A stretch of 43,085 nt of DNA from an uncultured Verrucomicrobiae bacterium. Its GTDB lineage: Bacteria > Verrucomicrobiota > Verrucomicrobiia > Limisphaerales > JAFGQR01. The notes under the pieces were generated by a model that was not told the DNA's origin, ran no database searches, and saw only the letters and a program-made list of their open reading frames with translations. Made by a program: the position numbers and the translations under genes. The stretch spans positions 1 through 43,085 of the forward strand of contig CAWBHS010000052.1 of assembly GCA_963788655.1 (NCBI GenBank). The letters run 5' to 3'. Positions 20,306 to 30,739 of this stretch are shown piece by piece (within the stretch, counting starts at the first letter, position 1; the number at the start of each line of letters is the position of its first letter).

Positions 20306-21878
20306 TCAGTCCGGAAAACCCATCTCCTCGACAAAGACTGTCTGAAACCGGAGATCTTCCTTGAGCGATACGTGTTTAATGCGAGCGCGCAGTTCACTGA
20401 AGGAGCCATCCGATTCGTGCAGACCGAATAACGCCAGTTTGGCTCCGAGCAAAGCGGTGTTGCCCGCGGCGACCACTTTCTCCGGCCCGAAGGGGAGCAA
20501 GCCGATGCGCCGGGCGCTTTGGCGATTGATGTAATTGCCGAACGCACCGGCCAGGTAGATTCGCGTTATGTTTTCCACCGCGGTTCCCCATTGCTCGGCC
20601 AGCAGGCGAATGCCGGCGGCAATGGCTCCTTTGGCTAATTGAAGTTCGCGAATATCCACCTGGGTGATCTCCACCGATGCACAAAGCGGCAACGTTTTGC
20701 CCGCCGCCAATCGGCCGGACGGTAGGATGCGGCCCAGTTCGAGTCCTGCCGCCACCGCATCGACCAAGCCGCTGCCACAGATCCCGCGCGGCGGCACGTG
20801 CCCGAGCACCTGGCATTGCAATTGACCGTCTTCAACGTTCACCGCCGCGATGGCTCCGGTGGCGGCGCGCATGCCCATGGCGATGCGGGCGCCCTCAAAC
20901 GCCGGACCGGCGGCGGTGGACGCACACAACATTCGCTCGCGGTTGCCGATGACAATTTCGCCATTCGTGCCGAGATCGACCAGACCGACCAGTTCCCGGC
21001 TCTCGTGCAGTTCGGTGGCCAGGATGCCGGCGAGAATATCGCTGCCGACAAAACCTCCCAGACAGGGGAGAAATCGCACCGCAGCACCGGACGCCCGGCT
21101 CGAAGTTATGGGAGCCGCCGGGCGTTTTGCACCGGCTGGAAGGGCCGACAGCTTCCAATCCAAATCTGCCGGTTGAAACCGCTTCAATCCGTCATCCTCC
21201 GGTTCAAAAGGGTGGTGCGCCAGCGGATTAACGTCCACGCCAGAAAACAGATGGTGCATAACTGTGTTGCCAACAAGCACCAGGTTCTTCAGTTCGGCTG
21301 GATCATGGCCGGCACGGTGAAGTAACTCACCGATGAGACCGTATATCTGTTCGCGGACCATGCCTTGCAGTTTCACCTGGCCGGCATCGGCTATGGCAAA
21401 GTCAATGCGGCTCATGAGATCCGCTCCATACTGTGCCTGCTCGTTCAAGCCGGTGCGCACGGCCAGTACGTTCCCGGACCGCAGGTCGAGTAATTGGGCC
21501 ACGAGGGTGGTGGTGCCCAAATCTACCGCGATGCCCAGACCTTCCTGGGGGGTAAAGGTAAAGGGAGTATCATCAGCCAGGATGGGGGCTTCCCACTGGG
21601 CGAGTTCCAGCGTGAGATCGGCCACGGCCTGGGCGCGGCAGGCCAGTCGCCAGCCATCGGAAATCTCGGATGGCGTCAGCAAACGCTCGTCGTCCGCCGT
21701 GGGGGAGATTTCGCCTGCCAGCACTTTGATTCGGCATCCTTTGCAGCGACCGCGACCACCACATGGGAATTCCACGCCTTGCTCGAACAGAACGATCCTG
21801 CAACGGGGTACCGCGTTCGACGGTCAGAGTTTGACCTAGCGGCAACAGTTCGAGACGGACGGGGGCGTTCGTGTTCAA
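20306..21878 (-). CDS. RACo/RamA-like ASKHA ATPase (DUF4445) with N-terminal 2Fe-2S ferredoxin domain; 1 frameshift
   Basis: CGGRGRCKGC...LAC, AVDLGTTT, GGFVGSD, DLGTNGE, TAAGPAFEG, GICGSG, QLAKGAI, LAGAFG. N-terminus in ORF 21573-21878 joins near 21793. Confidence 0.88.
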
Positions 21879-21880
21879 GT

Positions 21881-23353
21881 CTAAAGCATGCTGGCGACCC
21901 GCCGGAAGTGATAGCCAATGATCGCCAACTCAATCGCGAGGGGAAACTGTCGCGGCCGGCGCAGCAAGGTGCTCCAGAAAAAGCGCCAGTAGGCGCGGCG
22001 CCCCCGGTGCCAAACTCCCAGCAACCAAAATGATTTTACAAAGGCCTGAAAATCCGCGCGCGAGAGGCGCAACATTGGACCGGTGGGCCGGTGATGTTCG
22101 AGGAAGGTCCGGATGCGCTGGTAATATACCCGGGGTTCGTAGAGCTTCTTCATTAATTCCCGATAGCCGGATTGCAGAAAGTCACGGTTGAGCTTGGTTT
22201 TGAAGTTCAACACGGCGGACGTGTTATTGCCGCTGCTCTCGGTTTCCAGACGGCCTTCCTTCATCAGCCGCTGGTACAGACGCGTTTGCGGCAGGGCAGT
22301 CAACAAACCCACCATCGCGGTGACGACGCCGGAGCGTTGGATGAATTCGAACTGGCGTTTGAAAATGTCCTGCGGGTCGCTGTCGAAACCCACGATGAAT
22401 CCGCCCATGACCTCCATCCCGGAGCGCTGCAGGGTTTGCACCGTGGACACCAAATCCCGGCCACGGTTTTGCAGTTTGCGGCATTCTTCCAACGCTTCGG
22501 CGGAAGGCGTTTCGATGCCGACGAATACTTTCTTGAAGCCGGCCTGGACCATCAGCTCGCAGAGTTCAGAATCATCGGCCAGGTTGATGGACGCTTCGGT
22601 CAGAAATCCCATGTTGGGCCGGACCCGCTCGCGCCAGGCAATCAATTCGCGCAACAGCGCTTTCGTTCGCTTTTTGTCGCCGATGAAATTGTCATCCACG
22701 ATAAACACCATGTCCTTCCAACCTTGCTGCCGCAGGGCTTCAAGTTCACCGATCAAATGGGCGGGAGTCTTGGTGCGCGGCACGCGGCCGTTCATGATGA
22801 TGATGTCGCAGAACTCACAGTCGTACGGACAGCCCCGCGAGAACTGCACCGCCATGGTGACGTAGTGGCGGAAATTGATAAGGTCCCAGCGGGGGATGGG
22901 GGCCTTGGCAATGGCGGGGCGTTCCGGCGTCTGGTAGAGCGGTTGCACGGTGCCCCGGCGCATGTCGGCAACCAAGTCGGGGATGAGGTCTTCCGCTTCT
23001 CCCAGGACAAAGTGCTGGATGTTGGGAAACGTCTCATGGCCGGTGGTGAAGAGCGGTCCGCCGGCAATCACGGGTTTGTTCAATGCATTGCAGCGAGAGA
23101 CAATTTCATGCACGGATTCGCGGTGGACAATCATCGCGCTGAGCATGACGTAGTCGGCCCAGCGCACGTCATCGTCCCGGAGCCGTTCCACATTCATGTC
23201 CACCAGTTTGATCTGCCAATCGGTCGGCAACATGGCGGCCACGGTCAGCAACCCCAACGGAGGAAAGGTCGCCTTCTTGGAGACAAAGCGCAGCACATGT
23301 TTGAAGCTCCAGAAAGTGTCCGGTGTTTGCGGGTAAACCAAAAGAATCTTCAT
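21881..23353 (-). CDS. B12-binding radical SAM protein (DUF4070 C-terminus)
   Basis: PPLGLLTVAA and VIAGGP (B12-binding domain), SRGCPYDCEFC (CxxxCxxC), VDDNF, GFIVGFDSD. Confidence 0.92.
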   Translation of the reverse strand: MKILLVYPQTPDTFWSFKHVLRFVSKKATFPPLGLLTVAAMLPTDWQIKLVDMNVERLRDDDVRWADYVMLSAMIVHRESVHEIVSRCNALNKPVIAGGPLFTTGHETFPNIQHFVLGEAEDLIPDLVADMRRGTVQPLYQTPERPAIAKAPIPRWDLINFRHYVTMAVQFSRGCPYDCEFCDIIIMNGRVPRTKTPAHLIGELEALRQQGWKDMVFIVDDNFIGDKKRTKALLRELIAWRERVRPNMGFLTEASINLADDSELCELMVQAGFKKVFVGIETPSAEALEECRKLQNRGRDLVSTVQTLQRSGMEVMGGFIVGFDSDPQDIFKRQFEFIQRSGVVTAMVGLLTALPQTRLYQRLMKEGRLETESSGNNTSAVLNFKTKLNRDFLQSGYRELMKKLYEPRVYYQRIRTFLEHHRPTGPMLRLSRADFQAFVKSFWLLGVWHRGRRAYWRFFWSTLLRRPRQFPLAIELAIIGYHFRRVASML

Positions 23354-23514
23354 GATAATAATTCGTGACGTCCCATCACGCCGTGAACTTAGGATTCCTT
23401 AGTGCAGGTGACTAGTAAATTCTTTGGCACGCTATTGCGCGGTGATGGTGGGGGTGACGCCAGCGGTTAACCGGCGCTATTGTCAAACGAACGATGGGGC
23501 GGCGGCGCCAGGAT

Positions 23515-23542
23515 TTGACTTGGGCGGAGCCCGTTTTAAGGT
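23515..23542 (+). promoter_or_regulatory. Candidate sigma-70 promoter of the nuclease-ligase gene
   Basis: TTGACT-16 nt-TAAGGT ending 6 nt before ATG 23549. Confidence 0.4.
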
Positions 23543-23548
23543 GGCAGC

Positions 23549-26027
23549 ATGTCGGCGCTCAGCATCGAATTTCGGCAGAGCGGGATTTACCTTCCCGCGC
23601 TGGCCTTGTGGCTTGATCCGCATCATCCGCAGACGGGTGACGTCCGTGTGTTTGTGAGCCATGCGCATGCCGACCACACGGCGCCGCATCGCGAGGTGAT
23701 CTTGAGCGAAGCGACCGCCCAACTCATGCGGGCGCGGGTGCGCGGCGAACGTCGGGAACACGTAATGCCCTTCGGTGAACGTCGCGAGTTTGTCGGGCCG
23801 GCAGGGCCTTATGCCCTCACGCTGCTTCCCGCCGGTCATATTTTGGGAAGCGCCATGTCCTTGGTGGAGTGCCAGGGACAATCGTTGTTGTACACCGGCG
23901 ATTTCAAATTGCGGTGTGGGCGGTCGGCCGAACCGTGCGATCCCCGCCGAGCCCGGGGCTGCGATGTGTTGATCATGGAAACCACCTTTGGCCGGCCCAG
24001 GTATCGGTTTCCGCCCACCGAAGCAGTGTTGGCCGGCGTGATCCGGTTTTGCCGGGAAGCCCTCGACAACGACGAAACGCCGGTTTTGTTGGGCTACTCG
24101 CTCGGCAAGAGCCAAGAGTTGTTGCAGAGATTGGCCGAGGCTGGACTGCCCGTGATGTTGCACGATCAGGTGTTCAAACTGACGGGGATTTACGAGCAAC
24201 TCGGTCAGACGTTTCCCGCCTACGAGCGCTATGACGCCGGCAAAGCCAGCGGCAAAGTACTGATCTGTCCGCCCGGTGCCAAATTCCTCGGGGAGCGTGC
24301 TTCGGAACTTAAGCGGGTAGCGGTCCTGACTGGGTGGGCGGTGGATCCGTCGTGCCGCTACCGCTTTGGTGTCGATGCGGCGTTTCCGCTGAGCGATCAC
24401 GCGGATTTCCCCGACTTGGTGACGTTCGTCCAGCAGGTGGCGCCCAAACAGGTGTTCACGCTGCACGGCTTTGCCGCGGATTTCGCCTGCACCCTCCGGG
24501 AACTGGGATTCGACGCGCGGGCTTTGAGCGAAGACGAACAGTTGACGTTGCCACTGAGTTTGCCTCCGGGACTGACCAACTCCTCTGCGATCGGCTTCAA
24601 TGGCCCGTGTGCCATGGCATTATTGCCAGGATCCGGAACGACCGCACCAACCGGTTCCATGGACGCGCAATCTCATGCGAACGTTCGGCGATTCGCAGGT
24701 GATCCTTCAGCATCCGACTGCGTCGCTGAACGCCGGGCTGTGTCTGGTTTTCTGCATTTTGCCAAAACGTGTTCCGCGATTGCGGCCACGCCCAGCAAGC
24801 TCGAGAAGGTCGCTGTTTTGGCCGCATATTTATCGTCACTGGACAATGCGAGCCTGCGTCCAGTGACGGTTTGGTTTACTGGCAGCCCGTTCGCCGCGTG
24901 CGAAAACAAAGCACTGCAAGTCGGGTGGGCGTTGCTTCGGCGGGCTCTGTGCCGGGTTAGCCGCGTGAGTGAAACGGAGTTGCATCAGGTCTATTTGCAA
25001 CATAGCGACGCTGGCGAAACAGCCTTCGACCTGTTGGCGCGGCAGTCGCTGTCCGGCGGAACCCTGGATTTGGAAGCGGTTCGCCAGATTTTCGAAGACC
25101 TCCATTCAGCGCGCGGCCCGTGGGCCAAATTGCCGCGGTTGGTTGGGGTGTTGAATCGGTGTTCACCGCTGGAAGCAAAGTTCCTGGTAAAGATCGTTAT
25201 CGGTGACCTGCGCATCGGCTTGAAAAATGGTTTGGTCGAAGAAGCCATTGCCCGCGCGTTTGCCGTGCCGGTGGAGAGCGTCCGGTCGGCCAATGGGTTG
25301 CTGGGTCACCTGGGGGAGATGGCTGAATTGGCCCGGCGGCAGGAACTTTCGCACGCCAATTCTCGTGCCGTTTCGCCCGCTCAAATTCATGCTGGCGTCA
25401 ACGGTGCCGACCGCGGAAGCCATTTGGGAAGGCCACACGGCCGAGACTGGACGCCCACCGCAGAATGCTGGCGCGGTGGAAACGGTGGAAGTCTGGCTGG
25501 AGGATAAGTATGCTGGTATCCGCTGCCAGTTGCACAAAGTCGGCAGCCGAGTCGCGCTGTTTTCGCGCGATCTCAAAGAGGTGAGCGCCGCCTTTGAGGA
25601 GATTGCTCTGAGCGCACGGAACCTTACCGGCGACGTCGTGTTGGACGGCGAGATTCTCGCAATGCAGGGTGAGCAGGTATTACCCTTTGCCGAGTTGCAG
25701 AAACGGTTAGGTCGGCGCGAAGCCGACTTGTTCTTGCGCGAGGAACTCCCGGTGCAGTTCGTGGCGTTCGATTTGTTGTGGCATGAGGGCGTCACTTGGA
25801 TCAATCGCCCATTGCGTGAACGCCGGGCAGCATTGGAACGATTGGAACTGCCGCTCGGATTGCACTTGGCGCGCTTTGTCCAGGGGCATTCGCCGGAAGC
25901 GATCCGCACGGCGTTTGACGAGGCCAAGGCTCGCGGCAATGAGGGATTGGTGGCCAAGGATCCGTTCAGCCTTTACGCGCCGGGCCGGCGTGGCCTGGCC
26001 TGGCTGATGTTGAAACAGGCGCAATAA
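23549..26027 (+). CDS. MBL/beta-CASP exonuclease fused to ATP-dependent DNA ligase (DNA-binding + adenylation domains, no OB domain); 1 frameshift
   Basis: SHAHADH, AGHILG, YTGDF, METTFG, SDHADF, then ligase motifs EDKYAGIR, LDGEI, FVAFDLL, EGLVAK, WLMLK. Frames join near 25358. Confidence 0.85.
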
Positions 26028-26139
26028 TGCGTCGGCTCGGTAGTCCGGCGGCTTCGGCCAACAATTCAACACTTCGGCTGCCGAAGTCCACGAAGTTTAT
26101 GGTTTTGTTTTCGCCAAGCCCCTTGTTTAATGGGAATCC

Positions 26140-26802
26140 ATGAATCCACGGCAAGCGCAATTAAAGCGCTTTACCAACGAAACGCAGATAACCGTCAAGC
26201 TCACGCTGGACGGCAAGGGCAAAGCGTCGATCCGGACGGGCATCCCGTTTTTCGATCACATGCTAACGCTATTTGCCCGGCATGCCGTGATGGATTTGCA
26301 ATTGCGGTGCCAAGGGGATCTGGAAGTGGACGCCCATCATACCGTCGAGGACTGTGGGATTGCTCTGGGCGAAGCCTTCCGGCAAGCGTTGGGCGACAAG
26401 AAGGGTTTGCGGCGTTATGGAACTGGCTTTGATCCGCGGAATCCGTTTACGGGCGAAGCCTACGTGCCGATGGATGAATGCCTCGCCCGGTGCGTCATTG
26501 ATTTTAGCGGCCGGACATATTTGGTTTGGCGGGGCCTGGACCAACTGGCCTACCGGCGCATTTCGTCGGTGGAAAAGACGCAGGATATGTCGAGCGCGTT
26601 TCGATTCGGGCTGGCACGGGAATTCTTCCAGGGCTTTGCCAACGCGGCGGCCTGCAACCTGCACTTGGAATTGCTCTATGGCGACGAACCGCACCACGTA
26701 GTGGAAGCGTTGTTCAAGGCGTTTGCCAAGGCGGCGGACTTTGCCTGTCAACGGGATGAACGGATTGCGGGCCGGTTGCCCAGCACCAAAGGTACGTTGT
26801 GA
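26140..26802 (+). CDS. hisB: Imidazoleglycerol-phosphate dehydratase
   Basis: TNETQI, TGIPFFDHML, DAHHTVED, VPMDE, HHVVEALFKAF, PSTKGTL. Confidence 0.96.
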   Translation: MNPRQAQLKRFTNETQITVKLTLDGKGKASIRTGIPFFDHMLTLFARHAVMDLQLRCQGDLEVDAHHTVEDCGIALGEAFRQALGDKKGLRRYGTGFDPRNPFTGEAYVPMDECLARCVIDFSGRTYLVWRGLDQLAYRRISSVEKTQDMSSAFRFGLAREFFQGFANAAACNLHLELLYGDEPHHVVEALFKAFAKAADFACQRDERIAGRLPSTKGTL

Positions 26803-26841
26803 GTTCGACTGAATACGTGGTGAAACCGACCCGTCCAACCG

Positions 26842-27444
26842 ATGGCGACGCATAGAAATTATACGGCGGCCAGTGACGAGAAGCTGGTGAGTGCCTCGCA
26901 GCGCGGACAGCGCCGGGCGTTTGAGGAATTGGTGGCCCGGCATCGGGACAAGATTTATGCGCGGGCGTACAGCATGATGCGCAACGAGGATGACGCCCTG
27001 GATCTTTCTCAGGAAGCCTGGATCAAAGGCTGGCAGCGGCTGAAGCAGTTTCAGGGCGACTCCAGTTTTGTGACCTGGATGACGCGGATTGTGATTAATT
27101 TGTGTCTGGATCAATTGCGCAAACAGAAGAGACAGCGCGCCGAGTCGATAGAATTAATGGATGCCGAGTCCGGCGGGGTGGAACGACAGATGCCCGTGGT
27201 GAGCATCAACCCGACGGCCGGTTTGGAACGAAGTGAGCTGCGCAAGCGGATTGACAAAGCGCTGGCGCAACTGTCTTACGAGCACCGGACGGTGCTGATA
27301 TTACATGAATTTGAAGAGCTGGAATACAAAGAGATTGCCAAGCGGATGGAGTGCTCGATTGGCACGGTCATGTCGCGCCTCTTTTATGCCCGGCGGCGGA
27401 TGGCCAATCTCATGGCCGCGTATAAACGAGAGGAACTGAGTTGA
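26842..27444 (+). CDS. ECF RNA polymerase sigma factor
   Basis: Region 2 (AFEELV, DLSQEAWIK, FVTWMTRI) and region 4 (YKEIAKRMECSIGTVMSRLFYAR). Confidence 0.95.
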   Translation: MATHRNYTAASDEKLVSASQRGQRRAFEELVARHRDKIYARAYSMMRNEDDALDLSQEAWIKGWQRLKQFQGDSSFVTWMTRIVINLCLDQLRKQKRQRAESIELMDAESGGVERQMPVVSINPTAGLERSELRKRIDKALAQLSYEHRTVLILHEFEELEYKEIAKRMECSIGTVMSRLFYARRRMANLMAAYKREELS

Positions 27445-27445
27445 A

Positions 27446-27991
27446 ATGAAAGTGGAGTTTGAGTTGCAGTTGCAAGCTTACCTGGATGGCGAGCTCCCGG
27501 AACGGGAAGCCCGGCAGATGGCGGAACGTCTTACGACGGATCGCGAGGCGCAGGCGTTAATGGAGGAATTGTCCGCCACCAAACACTGGCTCGCCGGCAA
27601 TGAACCGGAGGTCATGCTTCCGGAAAGCCGGGAATTCTATTGGAGCAAGATTGAACGGGCGATCGACGCCGCGGAATCGGTGCCGGTCCAGGAGATCCAT
27701 CATCCGTTGTGGGTCAACTGGTTGAAGTTTCTGGTGCCGGCCACTGGCATGGCGCTGGCGGTGTGGCTGGGGTTGATCCTGTTCAAACCCGCCAAACCCT
27801 TGACGACCGTCATGGACGATCCGGCAGTTTATCAGTCGGAGACGGAAAATCTTTCGCCATACACCACGTCATTTGCGTTCCGCTCTCAACGGGAAAACAT
27901 GTTTGTCGTCTGGATTTCGAACAACGATCCGCAACCCGCGCCCGAAGTTGAACCTCATCCAACCTCTGTTCACGAAGCGATTTATCAATGA
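27446..27991 (+). CDS. Membrane-bound anti-sigma factor
   Basis: LQAYLDGEL anti-sigma N-terminus without the HxxxCxxC zinc motif, one transmembrane helix, directly after the ECF gene. Confidence 0.8.
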   Translation: MKVEFELQLQAYLDGELPEREARQMAERLTTDREAQALMEELSATKHWLAGNEPEVMLPESREFYWSKIERAIDAAESVPVQEIHHPLWVNWLKFLVPATGMALAVWLGLILFKPAKPLTTVMDDPAVYQSETENLSPYTTSFAFRSQRENMFVVWISNNDPQPAPEVEPHPTSVHEAIYQ

Positions 27992-28452
27992 TCCGATTGC
28001 TTGCCGGTCCTTTCTCGCGTTGCCTCAAGGTATTCGGCTGCCTGACCTTGGTGGCTCTGTTGGCCCCGCCGGCTTGGGGCGAAAACCTCAAACTCGAGGC
28101 CAAACTAATCTGGGGCACCAATGAGCCGCGGTCACCCAATCCCGCGCACAAGCCGGTGGATAAAGAGATCGGTGAAAAGCTACAAAAGGTCTTCAAGTGG
28201 CAAAACTACTTCATCGTCAAAACGGTGGTCAAAGTGGTGCCGTCACGGGGCAGCAATAAGTTTGTGCTGAGCGACAAATGCACCATCGAGGTCACCGAAT
28301 TGGAAGGTCCCAAAGTGGAGGTGAAACTCATTGGCGAAGGCAAAGAGGTTCATAAGGCCATCAAAGGCCTGAGCCGGAAGGAATGGTTCACCTACGCCGG
28401 TGACGACAAGAACGATACTGCGTGGTTCGTCATTATCCGGCAATTGGATTGA
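27988..28452 (+). CDS. Hypothetical exported protein, third gene of the ECF locus
   Basis: 4-bp ATGA overlap with the anti-sigma gene and a signal peptide (LTLVALLAPPAWG). Confidence 0.75.
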   Translation: MIRLLAGPFSRCLKVFGCLTLVALLAPPAWGENLKLEAKLIWGTNEPRSPNPAHKPVDKEIGEKLQKVFKWQNYFIVKTVVKVVPSRGSNKFVLSDKCTIEVTELEGPKVEVKLIGEGKEVHKAIKGLSRKEWFTYAGDDKNDTAWFVIIRQLD

Positions 28453-28476
28453 ATCCCCAACTGACATCCAGCTTTG

Positions 28477-28515
28477 AAACCAAAACGCCCCGCAGTGCGC
28501 GGGGCGTTATGGTTT
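28477..28515. terminator. Hairpin, probable (bidirectional) terminator
   Basis: AAACCAAAACGCCCCGC-AGTGC-GCGGGGCGTTATGGTTT between convergent operons. Confidence 0.6.
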
Positions 28516-28560
28516 TCGGGAAGCGATGGTTGGCGCCCATTGAGGAACGGCGCCCGGTCA

Positions 28561-28710
28561 GTCGCGCCAGCGTTTGGAGTGCGCCCGGCTTGCCGGCGTG
28601 TTCGGACGGATAACGCCGGCCGAATTTTGACGTGGGCAGCATTGTCCATTGCGCGTCCTGCGGCAACGGAAAGCGGGAGCAAGCTCCACGCACTCCAAAT
28701 GCTTCGCGAC
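28561..28710. repeat. REPIN-like inverted doublet
   Basis: GTCGCGCCAGCGTTTGGAGTGCG (28561-28583) and CGCACTCCAAATGCTTCGCGAC (28689-28710). Confidence 0.7.
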
Positions 28711-28751
28711 TTTCCAAGGCTCAGTCCATAGCCGAGGTGGGCGCGTTCTCC

Positions 28752-30735
28752 TCAATCGTTGCTCCGCGCGAGTTCCTCGTTGTTCAAGGCGTTGACGATC
28801 TTGAACTGTTCGGCGTGCAGATCGGGATCGGCCCGGAAAGAGAGTTTGCCGAAATAGCGTTTCTCCATTTCGATGAGCTGCTTTTCGTCCTCGGTGCGGA
28901 GCCGTTCCAGCACGGTGGGATGGACGACGATGCGGAGCTGGAAATCGGACTCGTCCCGGGAACGTTTGCGGAGGATTTCACCGAGCTTGCGCTGGATCTC
29001 AACGCTCATGGTCAAGGCGCTCTTGACCTTGCCGCGGCCTTTGCAGTACGGGCAATCGTCATACACGGAGGCGCGGACGCTTTCGGTGTGGCGCTGGCGG
29101 GTCATTTCCATGAGGCCGAGCTGCGAGATGGGCAGGATGTGGGTCTTGGCCTTGTCGCGCCGCAACAAGTCCTTCATCCGCTGATAGACCTGCTGCTGGT
29201 CCCGGCGCGATTTCATGTCGATGAAGTCGAGCACGATGAGGCCGCCCATGTTGCGCAGCCGGAACTGCCGGCAGATTTCGTCGGCGGCTTCCAGATTGAC
29301 CTTGAGAATGGTGGATTCCTGGTCCTTGCCGCTTTTGTGCCGGCCGGTGTTGACGTCGATGGCCACCAGCGCCTCGGTTTCGTCAATGACGATGTAGCCG
29401 CCGCTCTTGAGGTGGACCTGGCGGGAGAAGGCGTTCTCCAACTGGCGGGTGATGTTGAACCGATCGAAGATCGGCTGGTGCTCGACTATACAGCTTGACC
29501 TTGTCCGGCGGAGCGCTTGGAGATCTTGCTGATCATGTCTCGCATCCGGTCGTAGGACTGCGGGTTGTCCACCACGATGCGCTCGACGTCCTCGGTGAGG
29601 AAGTCGCGCACGGTGCGTTCGATGAGGTCCGGCTCCTGGAAGACGCAGGTGGCGCTGGGTTGTTGCTTGATGCGTTCCTGGATCTCTTCCCACTCCTCAA
29701 GCAACAGGGCCAGGTCGCGCACGAAATAGCGCTTTTGCTGGCCTTCGCCGGCGGTGCGCATGATGACGCCCATGCCGTCGGGAATGGTGAGTTCGCGGAG
29801 GATTTTCTTCAGGCGCTGGCGTTCTTCCTGGTTTTCGATTTTGCGCGAAATGCCGCTTTGGTCGGAGTTGGGCAGCAGCACCAGGTAACGGCCCGGCAGA
29901 ACCAGGTTGGTGGTGACGCGCGGGCCCTTGGTGCCGATGGGCCCTTTGGTGACCTGCACGATGATGTCGCTGCCCGGGGGGTAGAGGCGCGGGATGTCCT
30001 TTTGGGTGATGCGGGGCCGGTCCCGCTTGCGGTCGCCGCGTTCGACGATTTCCACGCCGCTGTCGAAAGCATTGGGAACGATATCCCAGTAGTGCAGGAA
30101 GGCGTTCTTCTCGAAGCCAATGTCGACGAAGGCGGCTTTGAGGCCGTCCTCGAGGTTGCGGACTTTGCCTTTGAAGATGCTGCCGACCAGGCGTTCTTCG
30201 GTGGTGCGTTCGATGGTGAATTCCTCGAGCTTGCCTTCTTCGAGCACGCGCGACGCGCGTTTCGAGGGCTTCGGCGTTGATGATGACTTCCTTGTGAATC
30301 TGCTTGTCCGGTTTGATCAGGCGTTGGACCTTCTTGATGACGTCGTTGGCGGCGGCCTTGATCGTTTCCACGATGCCCTTGGGCCGCTCTTTTACCGCCA
30401 CCGGCTCAAAGGCTTTCCTCCTGACCTCGGCCGGCGTCTCCAGGTGCGGTTCGCGGAAGTCGCGCTTGCGGCCCGGCTGGTCCGGCGGCGGCGTGGTTTG
30501 GGGCGCGGGCACGCCCTCGGGCGGCAGACCGGCGGCGATGTTTTCGGCGCGTTCGATTTCTTTTTCGTGGCGGGCTCGAATCAAACATTCGGGATCATTG
30601 GATTGTTTCCCCGATCGGCTTGGGCCCGCGCTTCGCGGGCGGCTTTGTCCGGTTTGCGGACGCTGGGATTCAAGCCCGCCGGTCGGGCGGAAGCGCATGC
30701 CGCGCCGGCGGCGGCCGAAATTCTTTGCTGCTCAT
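28752..30735 (-). CDS. Rne/Rng family ribonuclease (RNase E/G); several frameshifts
   Basis: S1 domain ([23 protein letters not shown]), [63 protein letters not shown]. Shifts near 30710, 30590, 30255 and 29495. Confidence 0.92.
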
Positions 30736-30739
30736 AATT

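Noticed and set aside
21881..23353. Calling the radical SAM gene hpnP or bchE
   Set aside because: Family-level motifs only, and no hopanoid or bacteriochlorophyll context in the window.
23425..23438. TGGCACGCTATTGC as a sigma-54 promoter
   Set aside because: The GG to GC spacing is 9 nt, not the required 10.
23354..23548. Cobalamin riboswitch or LexA box in the radical SAM / ligase divergent region
   Set aside because: No B12-box or convincing operator palindrome was recognisable by eye; an Rfam scan would be needed to exclude it fully.
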